From Gemmatimonadota bacterium (GTDB lineage: Bacteria > Gemmatimonadota > Gemmatimonadetes > Palauibacterales > Palauibacteraceae), in the NCBI GenBank assembly GCA_039589295.1, contig JBDHHR010000001.1, positions 28,058-92,057 on the forward strand: a DNA stretch of 64,000 bases, read 5' to 3'. The notes beneath the pieces were generated by a model, which saw nothing but the letters and a program-made list of their open reading frames with translations, searched no databases and was not told where the DNA came from. The position numbers and the translations under genes were made by a program. Positions 31,607 to 41,204 of the stretch are shown piece by piece (the first letter of the stretch is position 1; each line of letters opens with the position of its first letter).

Positions 31607-31645
31607 ATAACACACAGTTCTGACGTCTGACGCGCCCAGCCCGCG

Positions 31646-34012
31646 TCAGGACTTCTCTTCCAGTTCCTCTTCTTCGCCTTCGGCTTCCGGCTCCTCCTCC
31701 GTCGAAACGGACACTTCGGGGTCCTCGTCGCCGGCAACCCCGGCCAAGAGCTCCGAGGTTGGACCATCCGCCTCCTCAGCAGCGGTTTCCGCTTCGAGAG
31801 ACTCATCCGACTCGGCCGCCACCTCGTCTTCCGGCTGGGCCTCCGCGTCCGCCTCCTCCGGGGCCTCGGCCTCGGCGGTTACCTCGCTGTCCATCCCGGG
31901 CTCCGGCTCCCAGACCGTCTCATCACCGGCATCCGTTTCAACAGACGGTTCTGATTCCGTTCCTTCCGCCGCTACCGGCTCCTCCGTTTCATGCCTCTCC
32001 TCGGCGACGTCAGCCTCCGCGCCTTCCGCAGCAGCAGCCGCTCGCTCCTCGATTCCCGGAGCAGCCGTCACGCTCAGCACGATCCGCCTGTTGATCGGGT
32101 CGGACTCGATGACTTTGAGCTCCAGTCTGTCTCCCTCCACGAAGCGCTCGGCCGGATCCTCGAGTTCCTCTTCGACGCCCAGCTGGCTGACCGGAACGAA
32201 GCCCTCGACATCTCCTCCGAGATCTACGACCACTCCCTTGTCCAGCAGACGAACGATGTGCCCTTCGCACTCGATGTCAGGTTCGTACTTCTGGGCCAGC
32301 TCGTACCAGGGATCGTCCTCGACCTGCTTCAGACCGAGTGAAATGCGTTTCTGGTCCGGGTCGATGTTGAGGACCAGGACTTCTACATCCTCACCCTTCC
32401 GAACCACCTCCGAGGGGTGCTGCACCCGTCGGGTCCAGCTCATGTCCGAGATATGAACGAGACCGTCGATCCCCGGCTCGACCTCCACGAAGGCTCCGAA
32501 CGAGGTGAGATTCCGGACGACGCCGCTGATCTTGGTTCCCGGCGGGTATTTCGCGGGCAGGGCCAGCCACGGATCCTCCTCGGTCTGCTTCATGCCGAGA
32601 GAGATTTTCTTCTCCTCCTCGTCCACGCGCAGGACGACACACTCGATCTCGTCATTGATGGAGACGAGTTGGGAGGGGTGCCTTATGTTCCGCGTCCAGC
32701 TCATCTCCGAGATGTGGACGAGCCCTTCGACACCCTTCTCGAGTTCCACGAAAGCACCGTAGTTCGTAATCGAGACGACCCGACCGCGAACCCGGCTGCC
32801 CACCGGATACTTCTCTGCAACGTCCTGCCACGGATATGATTGGAGCTGTTTGAGGCCGAGAGAGATCCTCTCGCGGTCCCAGTCGATGTCGAGGATCTTA
32901 ACTTCCAGCTCGTCCCCGATCTGACACAGCTCAGAAGGATGCCCGATCCGCCCCCAGGACATGTCCGTGATGTGGAGCAGGCCGTCCATGCCTCCCAGAT
33001 CGATGAAGGCGCCGAAATCGGTGATGTTCTTGATGATGCCCTTCCGAACCTGCCCGACCTCCAGCTCCTTCTTCAGGTCCTCACGCTTGCTGGCCCGGTC
33101 CTCCTCGAGGATGACGCGGCGGCTGACAACTATGTTGCGACGCCGCTTGTTGAGCTTGAGGATCTTGAAGTCGTAGGTCTGACCAATCAGTTCGTCCACG
33201 TTGGGAACTCGCCGCAAGGCGATCTGCGAGCCCGGCAGGAAGGCGTCCACTCCCATGAGATCTACCGTCACGCCGCCCTTGATCTTCCTCTTGAGCACTC
33301 CCGGTACGGTCCGGTCGCTGTCGAACGCCTCTTTGATCTTCTCCCAGACTCGCAGGAAGTCAGCCTTCTTCTTGGAGAGTACTACGACCCCTTCCTGATC
33401 CTCGAGGCTCTCGAGGAACACCTCGACCTCGTCGCCGGCCTGCAGGGCCTCAGGTTCGCGAAACTCCTCCAGTGGGACCGATCCCTCCGACTTGAAGCCG
33501 ACGTCCAGAATGATCGCGCTGTCTGTCTTGCGCAGCACGTGGGCCTTTACGATCTCTCCCTCGGCGATCTCGCTGAGGGTGTCCTCGTACATGGCCATCA
33601 TCTCGTCGTACTCGTCAGCGGAGTACTCGCCTGCGTCCAGGAGATCGATGTCGGTGCCCGAGGTCGCATGATCCGGCTCGAGCCCCGTGGGCGTCTCTGC
33701 CTCCTGCTGCTCTCTGGCGGGCTCGGCCTCGCCGGAATCCAACGTGTCCGGGGAAGCCTCCTCCAAGGCCGTAGCTTCGGTCAGCCCGCCGTCCTCGCCC
33801 GGACTCTCGGTTGGACCGTTCGGGGCTTCCTCGGCGGCAGTCGTGTCCGAGGGTTGAACACCGTTGCTGTCACCTGCCGGCTCGCCGCTGTCGGTTGGAG
33901 CGAGGCCGGCACCGTCGCCTGGCAGGAGATCTTCGGACCGGGCAAGGTGTTCCTCCGGCGCTGGCGCGTCAGGAGCCGGGGAGTCGTCTGCAGTCGTCTG
34001 ATCGTTGGCCAT
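31646..34012 (-). CDS. rpsA: 30S ribosomal protein S1 with long acidic N- and C-terminal extensions
   Basis: Tandem S1 domains (LDVGFKSEG, IKGGVTV...AFLPGSQI, DFGAFIDLGGMDGLLHITD, NYGAFVE, SFGAFVE, DKGVVV). Confidence 0.96.
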   Translation of the reverse strand: MANDQTTADDSPAPDAPAPEEHLARSEDLLPGDGAGLAPTDSGEPAGDSNGVQPSDTTAAEEAPNGPTESPGEDGGLTEATALEEASPDTLDSGEAEPAREQQEAETPTGLEPDHATSGTDIDLLDAGEYSADEYDEMMAMYEDTLSEIAEGEIVKAHVLRKTDSAIILDVGFKSEGSVPLEEFREPEALQAGDEVEVFLESLEDQEGVVVLSKKKADFLRVWEKIKEAFDSDRTVPGVLKRKIKGGVTVDLMGVDAFLPGSQIALRRVPNVDELIGQTYDFKILKLNKRRRNIVVSRRVILEEDRASKREDLKKELEVGQVRKGIIKNITDFGAFIDLGGMDGLLHITDMSWGRIGHPSELCQIGDELEVKILDIDWDRERISLGLKQLQSYPWQDVAEKYPVGSRVRGRVVSITNYGAFVELEKGVEGLVHISEMSWTRNIRHPSQLVSINDEIECVVLRVDEEEKKISLGMKQTEEDPWLALPAKYPPGTKISGVVRNLTSFGAFVEVEPGIDGLVHISDMSWTRRVQHPSEVVRKGEDVEVLVLNIDPDQKRISLGLKQVEDDPWYELAQKYEPDIECEGHIVRLLDKGVVVDLGGDVEGFVPVSQLGVEEELEDPAERFVEGDRLELKVIESDPINRRIVLSVTAAPGIEERAAAAAEGAEADVAEERHETEEPVAAEGTESEPSVETDAGDETVWEPEPGMDSEVTAEAEAPEEADAEAQPEDEVAAESDESLEAETAAEEADGPTSELLAGVAGDEDPEVSVSTEEEPEAEGEEEELEEKS

Positions 34013-34165
34013 TCAGTACTTACCGCCTGCTCTTGGCGTCACCCGGACGGTCTCCCGAAAAACAATCGGCCGGGGCCGAGCCATAGCTCGCCGTCCAGCC
34101 GTTCCGTCGATGGGCGCGCTCAGGGGTTAAGGTTCACGCTCACGGGAACTTGACAATAGCATTGA

Positions 34166-34194
34166 ATACTAGGCCAGAGCCACTCGGGCGTCAA
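34166..34194 (-). promoter_or_regulatory. Sigma70-type promoter of rpsA
   Basis: TTGACG-N17-TAGTAT, about 150 nt upstream of the rpsA ATG. Confidence 0.7.
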
Positions 34195-34227
34195 CAACTG
34201 TCGGGTGATCCGTTCATGGGCAGTCCC

Positions 34228-34941
34228 TCACGGCTGTGCCCCCTCGGTACGGCCACGCCGACTCCGTTCTCCGGCCTCGCTCGCCCTCCGCGCGAGGCTG
34301 ACTATCTGTTCAACCACCTCGCCCGGAGCCATGTCTGTGGTGTCGATCTCGACCGCATCCTCCGCCCTCTGAAGCGGCGCCAGCGTCCGGCTCGAATCTG
34401 CCGTGTCCCTCGCTGCAAGCCGTCCCGCCTCCTCGCGGACCCGCGCCGGATAGGGCTCCAGGCCGTAATCCAGCAGGCGACGGCGACCGCGCTCGACTGG
34501 CGAGGCCACCAAGAAAACTTTCAGCGCCGCTGAAGGAAACACGATGGTGCCTATATCCCGGCCGTCGCACACCACGCCGCCGTATTCTCCGGCCGCCCTC
34601 AGAATGCTCAAGACCTTTTCCCTCACATCACGGCGGGCCGACACGGCGGCGACCCGCGCCGCGGTCTCCGGTGCCGTCAGACCTTCGCCAGAATCCTCTC
34701 CACCGATGCTGACGGAAAAGGCCGGCGGCGTTCGGCGCAGGCTGAGCTCGAGCCTCTCCAGCTCGGTCCGAAACAGCTCTTCATCGTCGATCCACCCCCC
34801 GCGCAGTGCGGCCCACGTCACGGCGCGATACAACTGCCCGGAGTTCAGGTGACAGTACCCGAGACGTTCTGCCACCGCCCGGGCGGTGGTGCTCTTGCCC
34901 GAAGCAGCCGGCCCATCGATGGCGATGATGATCCTCTTCAT
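34228..34941 (-). CDS. cmk: Cytidylate kinase
   Basis: Start ATG 34941. IAIDGPAASGKST, GQLYRA, DGRDIGTIVFP, RDTADSSR..APL. Confidence 0.95.
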   Translation of the reverse strand: MKRIIIAIDGPAASGKSTTARAVAERLGYCHLNSGQLYRAVTWAALRGGWIDDEELFRTELERLELSLRRTPPAFSVSIGGEDSGEGLTAPETAARVAAVSARRDVREKVLSILRAAGEYGGVVCDGRDIGTIVFPSAALKVFLVASPVERGRRRLLDYGLEPYPARVREEAGRLAARDTADSSRTLAPLQRAEDAVEIDTTDMAPGEVVEQIVSLARRASEAGERSRRGRTEGAQP

Positions 34942-34942
34942 C

Positions 34943-36229
34943 TCATGCGCTCTGCGGCGACAGCACACGGTCAAGGTCCCTCCAGAAGCTCGGATACGAC
35001 ACATTCACGCATTCCGGATCGTCTATCTCCAGCGCGGCTCCGGGCAAGCGCGCCAGGACGCCGAAGGCCATGGCCATGCGGTGATCCCCCGCCGTGCGCA
35101 CCAGCCCGGCCGGCGGCACCTCGCCACCACGGATCCTCAAACCGTCCTCCAGCTCGTCACAGTCGACGCCGATGGACCGCAGATTCGTCGCGAGCAGCGC
35201 CAAGCGGTCACTCTCCTTGTGTCTCAGCTCTCCCGCCCCGCGGAACTCTGACTGCCCATCGGCCGTAGCTGCCAAGACGGCCAACATGGGGATCTCGTCT
35301 ATGAGGCGGGGGATCATGGCCCCACCGAACCTGAACGGTCTCGGCGACGCCGGACGAACGACCAGATCCCCCACCGGCTCACCGGCCACGTGTCCAGTCG
35401 GCAAGGCTCTCACCGGGCAGCCCATTTCGTGCAGCACATCAAGGAATCCCGTGCGAGTCGGGTTGAGCCCGACGCCGGAAACCCGCACCTCCCGGCCGCC
35501 GAGGAGAGCGGCCGCCACCAGGAACGAGGCCGAAGACACATCGCCCGGAACGGTCAGCTCGAGGGGCCTGAGGAGGCCATCCCAGTCGTCCGGCGCGAAG
35601 TGCGCCCGCTGTCCGTCCTCGTCAGAGCAATAGCCCACCGGAGCCCCCATCTCCGACAACAGCCGCTCCGTATGGTCGCGGGAGCCATGCACATGGTTAA
35701 TCTCCACCTCGACACGCGAGCACACGGCGGCCAACAGCAGCGCCGACTTCACCTGGGCACTGGACACCCGGGGACGGTAGCGCAGAGAGCGCAGGTTGCC
35801 CGACGCGCGAGGCAGGATGCGAATCGGGAGTCGGTCCTGGTCGGCCAGGTAACGGATGCGGGCCCCCATCGCCTGGAGGGGGTACACGACGCGGTCCATA
35901 GGCCGAGCGCGCAGGGAGGCGTCTCCTGTCAGCTCTGCACCGCGACCGAGCCCCGAGATCAGTCCGGTCAGCAGACGTGCGGTCGTGCCGCTGTTGCCAC
36001 AATCAAGCTGCCCGCCAGGGTCGATCCACCTGGTGGGGCCCTGGACGACGACCGGTGCCGGCGGGTCGCCCGCAATCGGAACACCCAGCCGGCGAAGAGA
36101 GCCGACGGTGGACGCCACATCGGTGGAATGCGGCAACCCCTCGAGACGAGAGGTTCCATTTGCCAGGCCACTCAGGATCAGCACCCGATGCGCGATGGAC
36201 TTGTCGCCCGGCACCCGAAGTTCGATCAC
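34943..36229 (-). CDS. aroA: EPSP synthase
   Basis: PGDKSIAHR, DCGNSGTTARL, SSAQVKSA, RDHTE, ELRHKESDR, DHRMAM. Confidence 0.95.
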   Translation of the reverse strand: MIELRVPGDKSIAHRVLILSGLANGTSRLEGLPHSTDVASTVGSLRRLGVPIAGDPPAPVVVQGPTRWIDPGGQLDCGNSGTTARLLTGLISGLGRGAELTGDASLRARPMDRVVYPLQAMGARIRYLADQDRLPIRILPRASGNLRSLRYRPRVSSAQVKSALLLAAVCSRVEVEINHVHGSRDHTERLLSEMGAPVGYCSDEDGQRAHFAPDDWDGLLRPLELTVPGDVSSASFLVAAALLGGREVRVSGVGLNPTRTGFLDVLHEMGCPVRALPTGHVAGEPVGDLVVRPASPRPFRFGGAMIPRLIDEIPMLAVLAATADGQSEFRGAGELRHKESDRLALLATNLRSIGVDCDELEDGLRIRGGEVPPAGLVRTAGDHRMAMAFGVLARLPGAALEIDDPECVNVSYPSFWRDLDRVLSPQSA

Positions 36230-36234
36230 CCGGG

Positions 36235-37182
36235 CTATCCCGCCCCGCGGACGAGGTCCCGATTCGGCGCATCGGCGAATGGCACTTCCACCGTCAACCC
36301 ATCCTCGGCCATTCGCGTGGCCGGAAAGACGAAGCGCGCCTCTTCGGCCAACGCTCCCGTCTGTTCGGAGATTCGGGCGCTGAAATGTGTGAGCACGAGC
36401 GTGCGGACCGAAGCCCGGGCGGCCACCTCGGCAGCCTCTTTGGCCGTGGAATGGCGGGTCTCCACCGCCCTCAAACGATCCTCATCCGAGAAAGTGCACT
36501 CGTGGATGAGCAGGTCGGCGTCTCGGGCCGCCTCGATGGTCGCGTCGCACGGCCGGGTGTCTCCTGTGTACACCACCGCCCGACCCGGTCGCTCCGGACC
36601 CACCAGGTCCGCGGCACGGATCAAGCGGCCGTCCGCAAGGTGCACGTCCTCCCCCCCGTGCAACCGGCCGTACAGAGGCCCCTCCGGAACGCCCAGTTGC
36701 CTGGCCTCAGCCACGTCGAACCGCCCCAGACGGGTGTCCTCTGCCAGACGCAGGCCGACGGAGGCGGCGGTGTGCTCGGTCGAGAACGCGCGGATTTCGA
36801 AGCCGGCGTATCGGACGCTCTCTCCCCCGGGGAGCTCCCGAATCGCCACCGGAAACTGGATACGCTCACCGCCAAGCTGGGCCACCGTACGCAGAGTCTC
36901 GGAACTTCCCTCGGGGCCCCAGATCACCAGCTCCTCGACACGTCCCTGAAGGCTCAAGGTGCGTAGCAGGCCAGTGATGCCCAGGTAGTGGTCGGCATGC
37001 ATGTGCGTTATCAGGATCTCACGCACCCCGAAACCAACACCGAATCTCATCATCTGCCGCTGCGTCCCCTCCCCGCAGTCAAGCAGAAAAAGCTCTCCCT
37101 CACGCTGGAGGGCAATGGCGGATACGTTCCGCCTTACCGTCGGTCTCGACGAAGAGGTGCCGAGAAACGTAATCCGAAGCAC
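36235..37182 (-). CDS. rnz: Ribonuclease Z
   Basis: Start re-set to GTG 37182. FLGTSS, DCGEGTQ, THMHADH, exosite GVPEGPLYG, YTGDT, HECTF, HFSAR. Confidence 0.94.
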   Translation of the reverse strand: MLRITFLGTSSSRPTVRRNVSAIALQREGELFLLDCGEGTQRQMMRFGVGFGVREILITHMHADHYLGITGLLRTLSLQGRVEELVIWGPEGSSETLRTVAQLGGERIQFPVAIRELPGGESVRYAGFEIRAFSTEHTAASVGLRLAEDTRLGRFDVAEARQLGVPEGPLYGRLHGGEDVHLADGRLIRAADLVGPERPGRAVVYTGDTRPCDATIEAARDADLLIHECTFSDEDRLRAVETRHSTAKEAAEVAARASVRTLVLTHFSARISEQTGALAEEARFVFPATRMAEDGLTVEVPFADAPNRDLVRGAG

Positions 37183-37220
37183 CGTAAGCCCGCGTCCTGG
37201 GGATAGTTCAGCGTCGGGGC

Positions 37221-37248
37221 AACCTACCGCTCCACGGCGGACCGTCAA
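37221..37248 (-). promoter_or_regulatory. Putative sigma70 promoter of rnz-aroA-cmk
   Basis: TTGACG-N16-TAGGTT, about 40 nt upstream of the rnz start. Confidence 0.5.
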
Positions 37249-37325
37249 CTGAGAGCCCGGCCTCCAGCAGATCGCCGGGTGCGCACGGCCTTGCACCTCC
37301 GGCCGGGCATGGATACTGCACTTCA

Positions 37326-37349
37326 GGGCCGCACGGACGGGTGCGGCCC
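37326..37349. repeat. 9-bp perfect inverted repeat in the divergent rnz / GGDEF-like intergenic region
   Basis: GGGCCGCAC-GGACGG-GTGCGGCCC. Confidence 0.8.
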
Positions 37350-37425
37350 GGCAAATCGAACAGACAGGGCCCATTATGCGCTGCATGTTTGCAGGACGCT
37401 CCGACTCGGTACCGGGAAGCATGCG

Positions 37426-38643
37426 ATGACGGCGGACAGACAGCACGGCAGCTTCGAACTCCTCGCCGAGTACCGCCGGCTGGAGCGACGGTTTGCACGT
37501 CTTCGGGAGGCATGGAGAGGATTCCGCGATGATCTGTCAGCCGAGCGGCTCGCCGAGATATGGGAGGCCCTGGCAGCCACCTCCGGAGCGGTCCAGACCC
37601 TGGCCGACCGGCTCGGGCATCCTGCGAGCACGGCCATGCTCCGGAGGCGAGGAGAGAGCCAGGCTCCTGCCCCGGCCGCCTCGCGCGAGCTACCGCCGGC
37701 CCGGGCCGTCATAGAGGCGAGCCGCGGTCTCGATCGTCTGCTGTGGCGGGTCAATGCCGAGTGGAAGGCTCTGCAAAGCCGTCCTGACCGCGAGCGGCTC
37801 TTGGCGCTCATCGGCCAACTCGCGAGCGCGAGGGAGAGCGCGACCACGCTCCGACTCGCCCTCAAGTCGCCGGCGGCCGGCGGCCGCGATTCGTGGAAAC
37901 CGCACGCCGGCCCGGCACCCGGGTGGGTCGGTTACCGTCCATACGAGCAGCGGGTTCCGTCCGCCGAAGACGAGACCCTCAGTCATCGCCGCCAGGCTAT
38001 CGACGCCGCGCTGCTGCGCATCGGATCGGACTGGGAACACCTCCGGAGGGAGCCGGCCGCGGATCGCGCCGGAATCCTGGAGGGCGAACTGGAGGCAGCC
38101 ACGGTCCGGGTCGCGGATCTCGAGCAGGTCGCAGAGGGCTGGCGCGGAGGCGACTTCGTGGACGCTTTTCGCAGCGCGGCCGAGCTGTCCCAGGCGGTGC
38201 ACTTCGTCCCATACCGGGACGGTTTCACAGGAGCTTACAACCGTCAGGGTTTCGATACCCTGGCCGGGGCTGAACTCAAGCGATGCCGTAGGTACGGCAG
38301 GCCTTTCGGGCTGCTGCTGCTGGATGTCCGCACGGTAGAACTGCCTCGTCTTCGCTCCGAGGTCTCGCTCATCCGTGGACAACTTCGAGAATACGACCTG
38401 TTGGGGCGGTACGTGGACCGCACTCTCGTCGCCGGTCTCCCCGAAAGTGGGCCCGGGCAGACGCGTCGGGTGGCGACCCGCATCCTCAACTCACTCCGGA
38501 CCGCGGGCATGGCAGGCGATATCAGCCGCCTGGCCTATGCTACCCTTCCGCACGACGCCCGGAGCCTGGCCGCTCTGTTCCAAGTCGCTCACGACAGGCT
38601 GGAGCGCACCACCCCACGGCAGGGGGACGGCTTCTCACCCTGA
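37426..38643 (+). CDS. Degenerate GGDEF-domain protein with three N-terminal helical repeats
   Basis: Start ATG 37426. The C-domain has DGFTGAYNR, ELKRCRRYGRPFGLLLLD and LREYDLLGRY-VDRTL in place of RxxD-x5-GGDEF. Confidence 0.75.
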   Translation: MTADRQHGSFELLAEYRRLERRFARLREAWRGFRDDLSAERLAEIWEALAATSGAVQTLADRLGHPASTAMLRRRGESQAPAPAASRELPPARAVIEASRGLDRLLWRVNAEWKALQSRPDRERLLALIGQLASARESATTLRLALKSPAAGGRDSWKPHAGPAPGWVGYRPYEQRVPSAEDETLSHRRQAIDAALLRIGSDWEHLRREPAADRAGILEGELEAATVRVADLEQVAEGWRGGDFVDAFRSAAELSQAVHFVPYRDGFTGAYNRQGFDTLAGAELKRCRRYGRPFGLLLLDVRTVELPRLRSEVSLIRGQLREYDLLGRYVDRTLVAGLPESGPGQTRRVATRILNSLRTAGMAGDISRLAYATLPHDARSLAALFQVAHDRLERTTPRQGDGFSP

Positions 38644-38667
38644 CCCATCCCGGCCCCTTGATTCAGG

Positions 38668-39795
38668 TCAGCCGTAGCAACTCTCTTCTGCCTGCGCGTC
38701 GGGCCGCGGCAGGCGGGTCCGGCGGCTGGCCAGAGCCCGCTCCGCCGCCTCATCGACCTCGCGGGTCACCTCCTCTTCGGCCAGTCTCAGAAGGGCGCGA
38801 CCGCTCGCCGCCGCAGGAAGGTCGCTACCCACAGGGGGGTGGAGCTGGGCCAGATACTCCTCGTACATGCCGATCGGGTCCCGGCGGCCCCACGCATCGA
38901 ATAGCCCGGGATCCAACGTCATCCTGGCCTCACGAACGTCGTGGGTGGCGTGCCCCCCCATGCGGAACGTCTCCGCGGCTATCATCACCGGACCCCGGCC
39001 CCGCCGACATCGGAGAACTGCAATCACCGCAGCTGCATGCACATCCAGAACGTTGTTTCCATCAACCGAGAGAAGGGGTACCCCGTATGCCCTTCCCCAC
39101 CCCGCGAAGTCCGGGGCACGATGATGCTGTTGGAGCCGTGTCCCCAAGGCAACCTGGTTGTTCTGGAGAACGAACACGATCGGGAGTTTGAGCACGGCAG
39201 CGAAGTTCAGGGCTTCGTGGACCTCGCCGCTCTTCGTCGACCCGTCTCCGATCCAGGTCAGCGCCACCCGGTCCTCCCCACGCTTCATGCACGCCAGCGC
39301 GTATCCGTTCATGACCGTGCACAGCGCGCCCACCATGCTGACGGGAGCGACCACACCACAGCCTGCGTCACCGAAATGCAGATCTCGCCCGCGCGACGGT
39401 GCATCACAGGTGCCCAGGTACGATTTCAACATGTCGGACACCTGCATTCCCATCTCGTGGCACGCCCCGGCGTTGCGTATCATCGGACCGACGATGTCTC
39501 CTCCCTCCTGCCGGCGGAGCGCGTGCACGGATCCGATCGTCACCGCTTCCTCACCGGTTGCGAGCCAGGCCTTTGATATTACGCCTTGCTTGACCCAGCG
39601 CTGCAGGGCGATGTCATGCAGGCGAAAGCGTACCAGACCCCGGTACAGGTCCAGTAACTTCTCGCCATCGAGCTCGCGGATAACTTGCCACCGTTCCGCA
39701 TCCGCCCTGAGCCTCGCCCGGTACTCGCTCATAAGCTCAGGATCGGGACTCCACCGCACGTACTCCGGGGGGTCGAAAGCCCGGTACCGTTTCAT
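38668..39795 (-). CDS. TPP-dependent 2-oxoacid dehydrogenase E1 alpha subunit
   Basis: GEEA, GDGSTKSG...ALNFAA...QNNQ (TPP motif), TFRMGGHATHD, RRDPI. Confidence 0.88.
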   Translation of the reverse strand: MKRYRAFDPPEYVRWSPDPELMSEYRARLRADAERWQVIRELDGEKLLDLYRGLVRFRLHDIALQRWVKQGVISKAWLATGEEAVTIGSVHALRRQEGGDIVGPMIRNAGACHEMGMQVSDMLKSYLGTCDAPSRGRDLHFGDAGCGVVAPVSMVGALCTVMNGYALACMKRGEDRVALTWIGDGSTKSGEVHEALNFAAVLKLPIVFVLQNNQVALGTRLQQHHRAPDFAGWGRAYGVPLLSVDGNNVLDVHAAAVIAVLRCRRGRGPVMIAAETFRMGGHATHDVREARMTLDPGLFDAWGRRDPIGMYEEYLAQLHPPVGSDLPAAASGRALLRLAEEEVTREVDEAAERALASRRTRLPRPDAQAEESCYG

Positions 39796-40003
39796 AGCGT
39801 GTGGCCGTGCGCTCTGGCGGGTTCGTCGGTCGTATTCAGTGTCCTGGCTCCCGTTACGGTCGAAGGCGGACCGCCTGCTCCCGTCACAAGCCGGAGCGGC
39901 GTATTATCTTAGTCGGGCGGGCGAAGAGGAACCAGCACACCTGGGCAGGCAGCACACCGGACGGATTCGCCGGGGCTGCCCCGAACCGCGACCGCGTCGG
40001 GAG

Positions 40004-41113
40004 ATGACGAAACCAGCACCCAGACCGAGTCAGAGCCGTTTGCCTCCCGGCGCCATCCCGGTGGGCGTCACCGTCTTCGTCGTGGCCAGCCTGATCGGCT
40101 TCGCCGCCCTCTTCTTCATAACGCAGGACCTGCGCGGAAGCCTGGGCGGGTTTCGCAGTTTCGATCCGCGCTGGGCTTTGCCGGCGCTGGCACTGGCCTC
40201 GCTCGACTGGTTCGGCGGCGGAATCCGCATCTGGCTCCTCACGCGCCCCCTCGGAGTGCGGCTTCCTTACTCGCGCTGCGTACAGATCGGCGGCACCGCC
40301 GCCGCCATGGCCTATCTGACACCGTCCGGTACCGGCGGAGGAGGGGCGCTCCTGTACGGACTGACCCGGAGTGGTGTGTCTCTCGGAAGGGCCGTGGCCG
40401 CGAACTTCGCCAGCGTCATCGTGAACCTGACGTTCCTCTCTCTCGCCGGGTTCGGCGCCTGGTTCTTGGGTGCCGCCGGGGCAATTGAACACATCCGGCT
40501 GCCGGTGGCGGACATTTCGGCGGCCCGCCTGTTCGAGTGGTCAGCCGTCGGCTTCGTCGTGGTCGCCGGCGTGGTGATCTTTCTCGCGGCGGCACCCAGA
40601 CTGCCGCGCCTCCTCCTGCTGCGGGCCTTCGGGCGGCGCCCCCGTGTCCGACGGATCATCCGGGTGCTACAGGAGCTACACGGCAGTCTTGTGATCTACG
40701 GACGGAAGGGAAAACTGGCCCTCATCCTGGCCACACTGTCGAACGTGTTTCAGTTCGGTGGGAGGTTCGTTCTGGGCTGGTGCGTGCTCCGGGGTTTCGG
40801 CGTGGATGCTGGTTTCTGGAACGTGATCGTGCTGCACGTCATGCTCCAATTCCTGCTCTACTTCATGCCTACTCCCGGTGGCACGGGAGTCGGAGAGGTG
40901 CTGGCGGCAGCTCTGATGAGTCCCTTCCTACCGGACCGGCTCCTGGTGGCGTACGCGGCGGTCTGGCGATTCTTTCTGACCTACCTTACGGTCACCGTGG
41001 GCGGCTACGCCCTGTTCCGCTGGCTGGGACAGGATCATCGCCGTCTCACGACAGCGGTCTCGCACCCTTCGGGTGGCCTCTGGGAGTCGAACGACGAAGC
41101 GGTTGGTGGGTAG
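40004..41113 (+). CDS. Lysylphosphatidylglycerol-synthase TM / flippase-like membrane protein (UPF0104)
   Basis: Start ATG 40004. Multiple TM helices, LTPSGTGGG, PTPGGTGVGE, WRFFLTY. Confidence 0.8.
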   Translation: MTKPAPRPSQSRLPPGAIPVGVTVFVVASLIGFAALFFITQDLRGSLGGFRSFDPRWALPALALASLDWFGGGIRIWLLTRPLGVRLPYSRCVQIGGTAAAMAYLTPSGTGGGGALLYGLTRSGVSLGRAVAANFASVIVNLTFLSLAGFGAWFLGAAGAIEHIRLPVADISAARLFEWSAVGFVVVAGVVIFLAAAPRLPRLLLLRAFGRRPRVRRIIRVLQELHGSLVIYGRKGKLALILATLSNVFQFGGRFVLGWCVLRGFGVDAGFWNVIVLHVMLQFLLYFMPTPGGTGVGEVLAAALMSPFLPDRLLVAYAAVWRFFLTYLTVTVGGYALFRWLGQDHRRLTTAVSHPSGGLWESNDEAVGG

Positions 41114-41204
41114 GGGGGATACGGGGCACGGTGATGCCCCTGTGAGCGCCGCTCCAATGCCTCGCTGAGGCGCGGCAGCGGATCTCAGTTCTGGAGGAAG
41201 TCGG

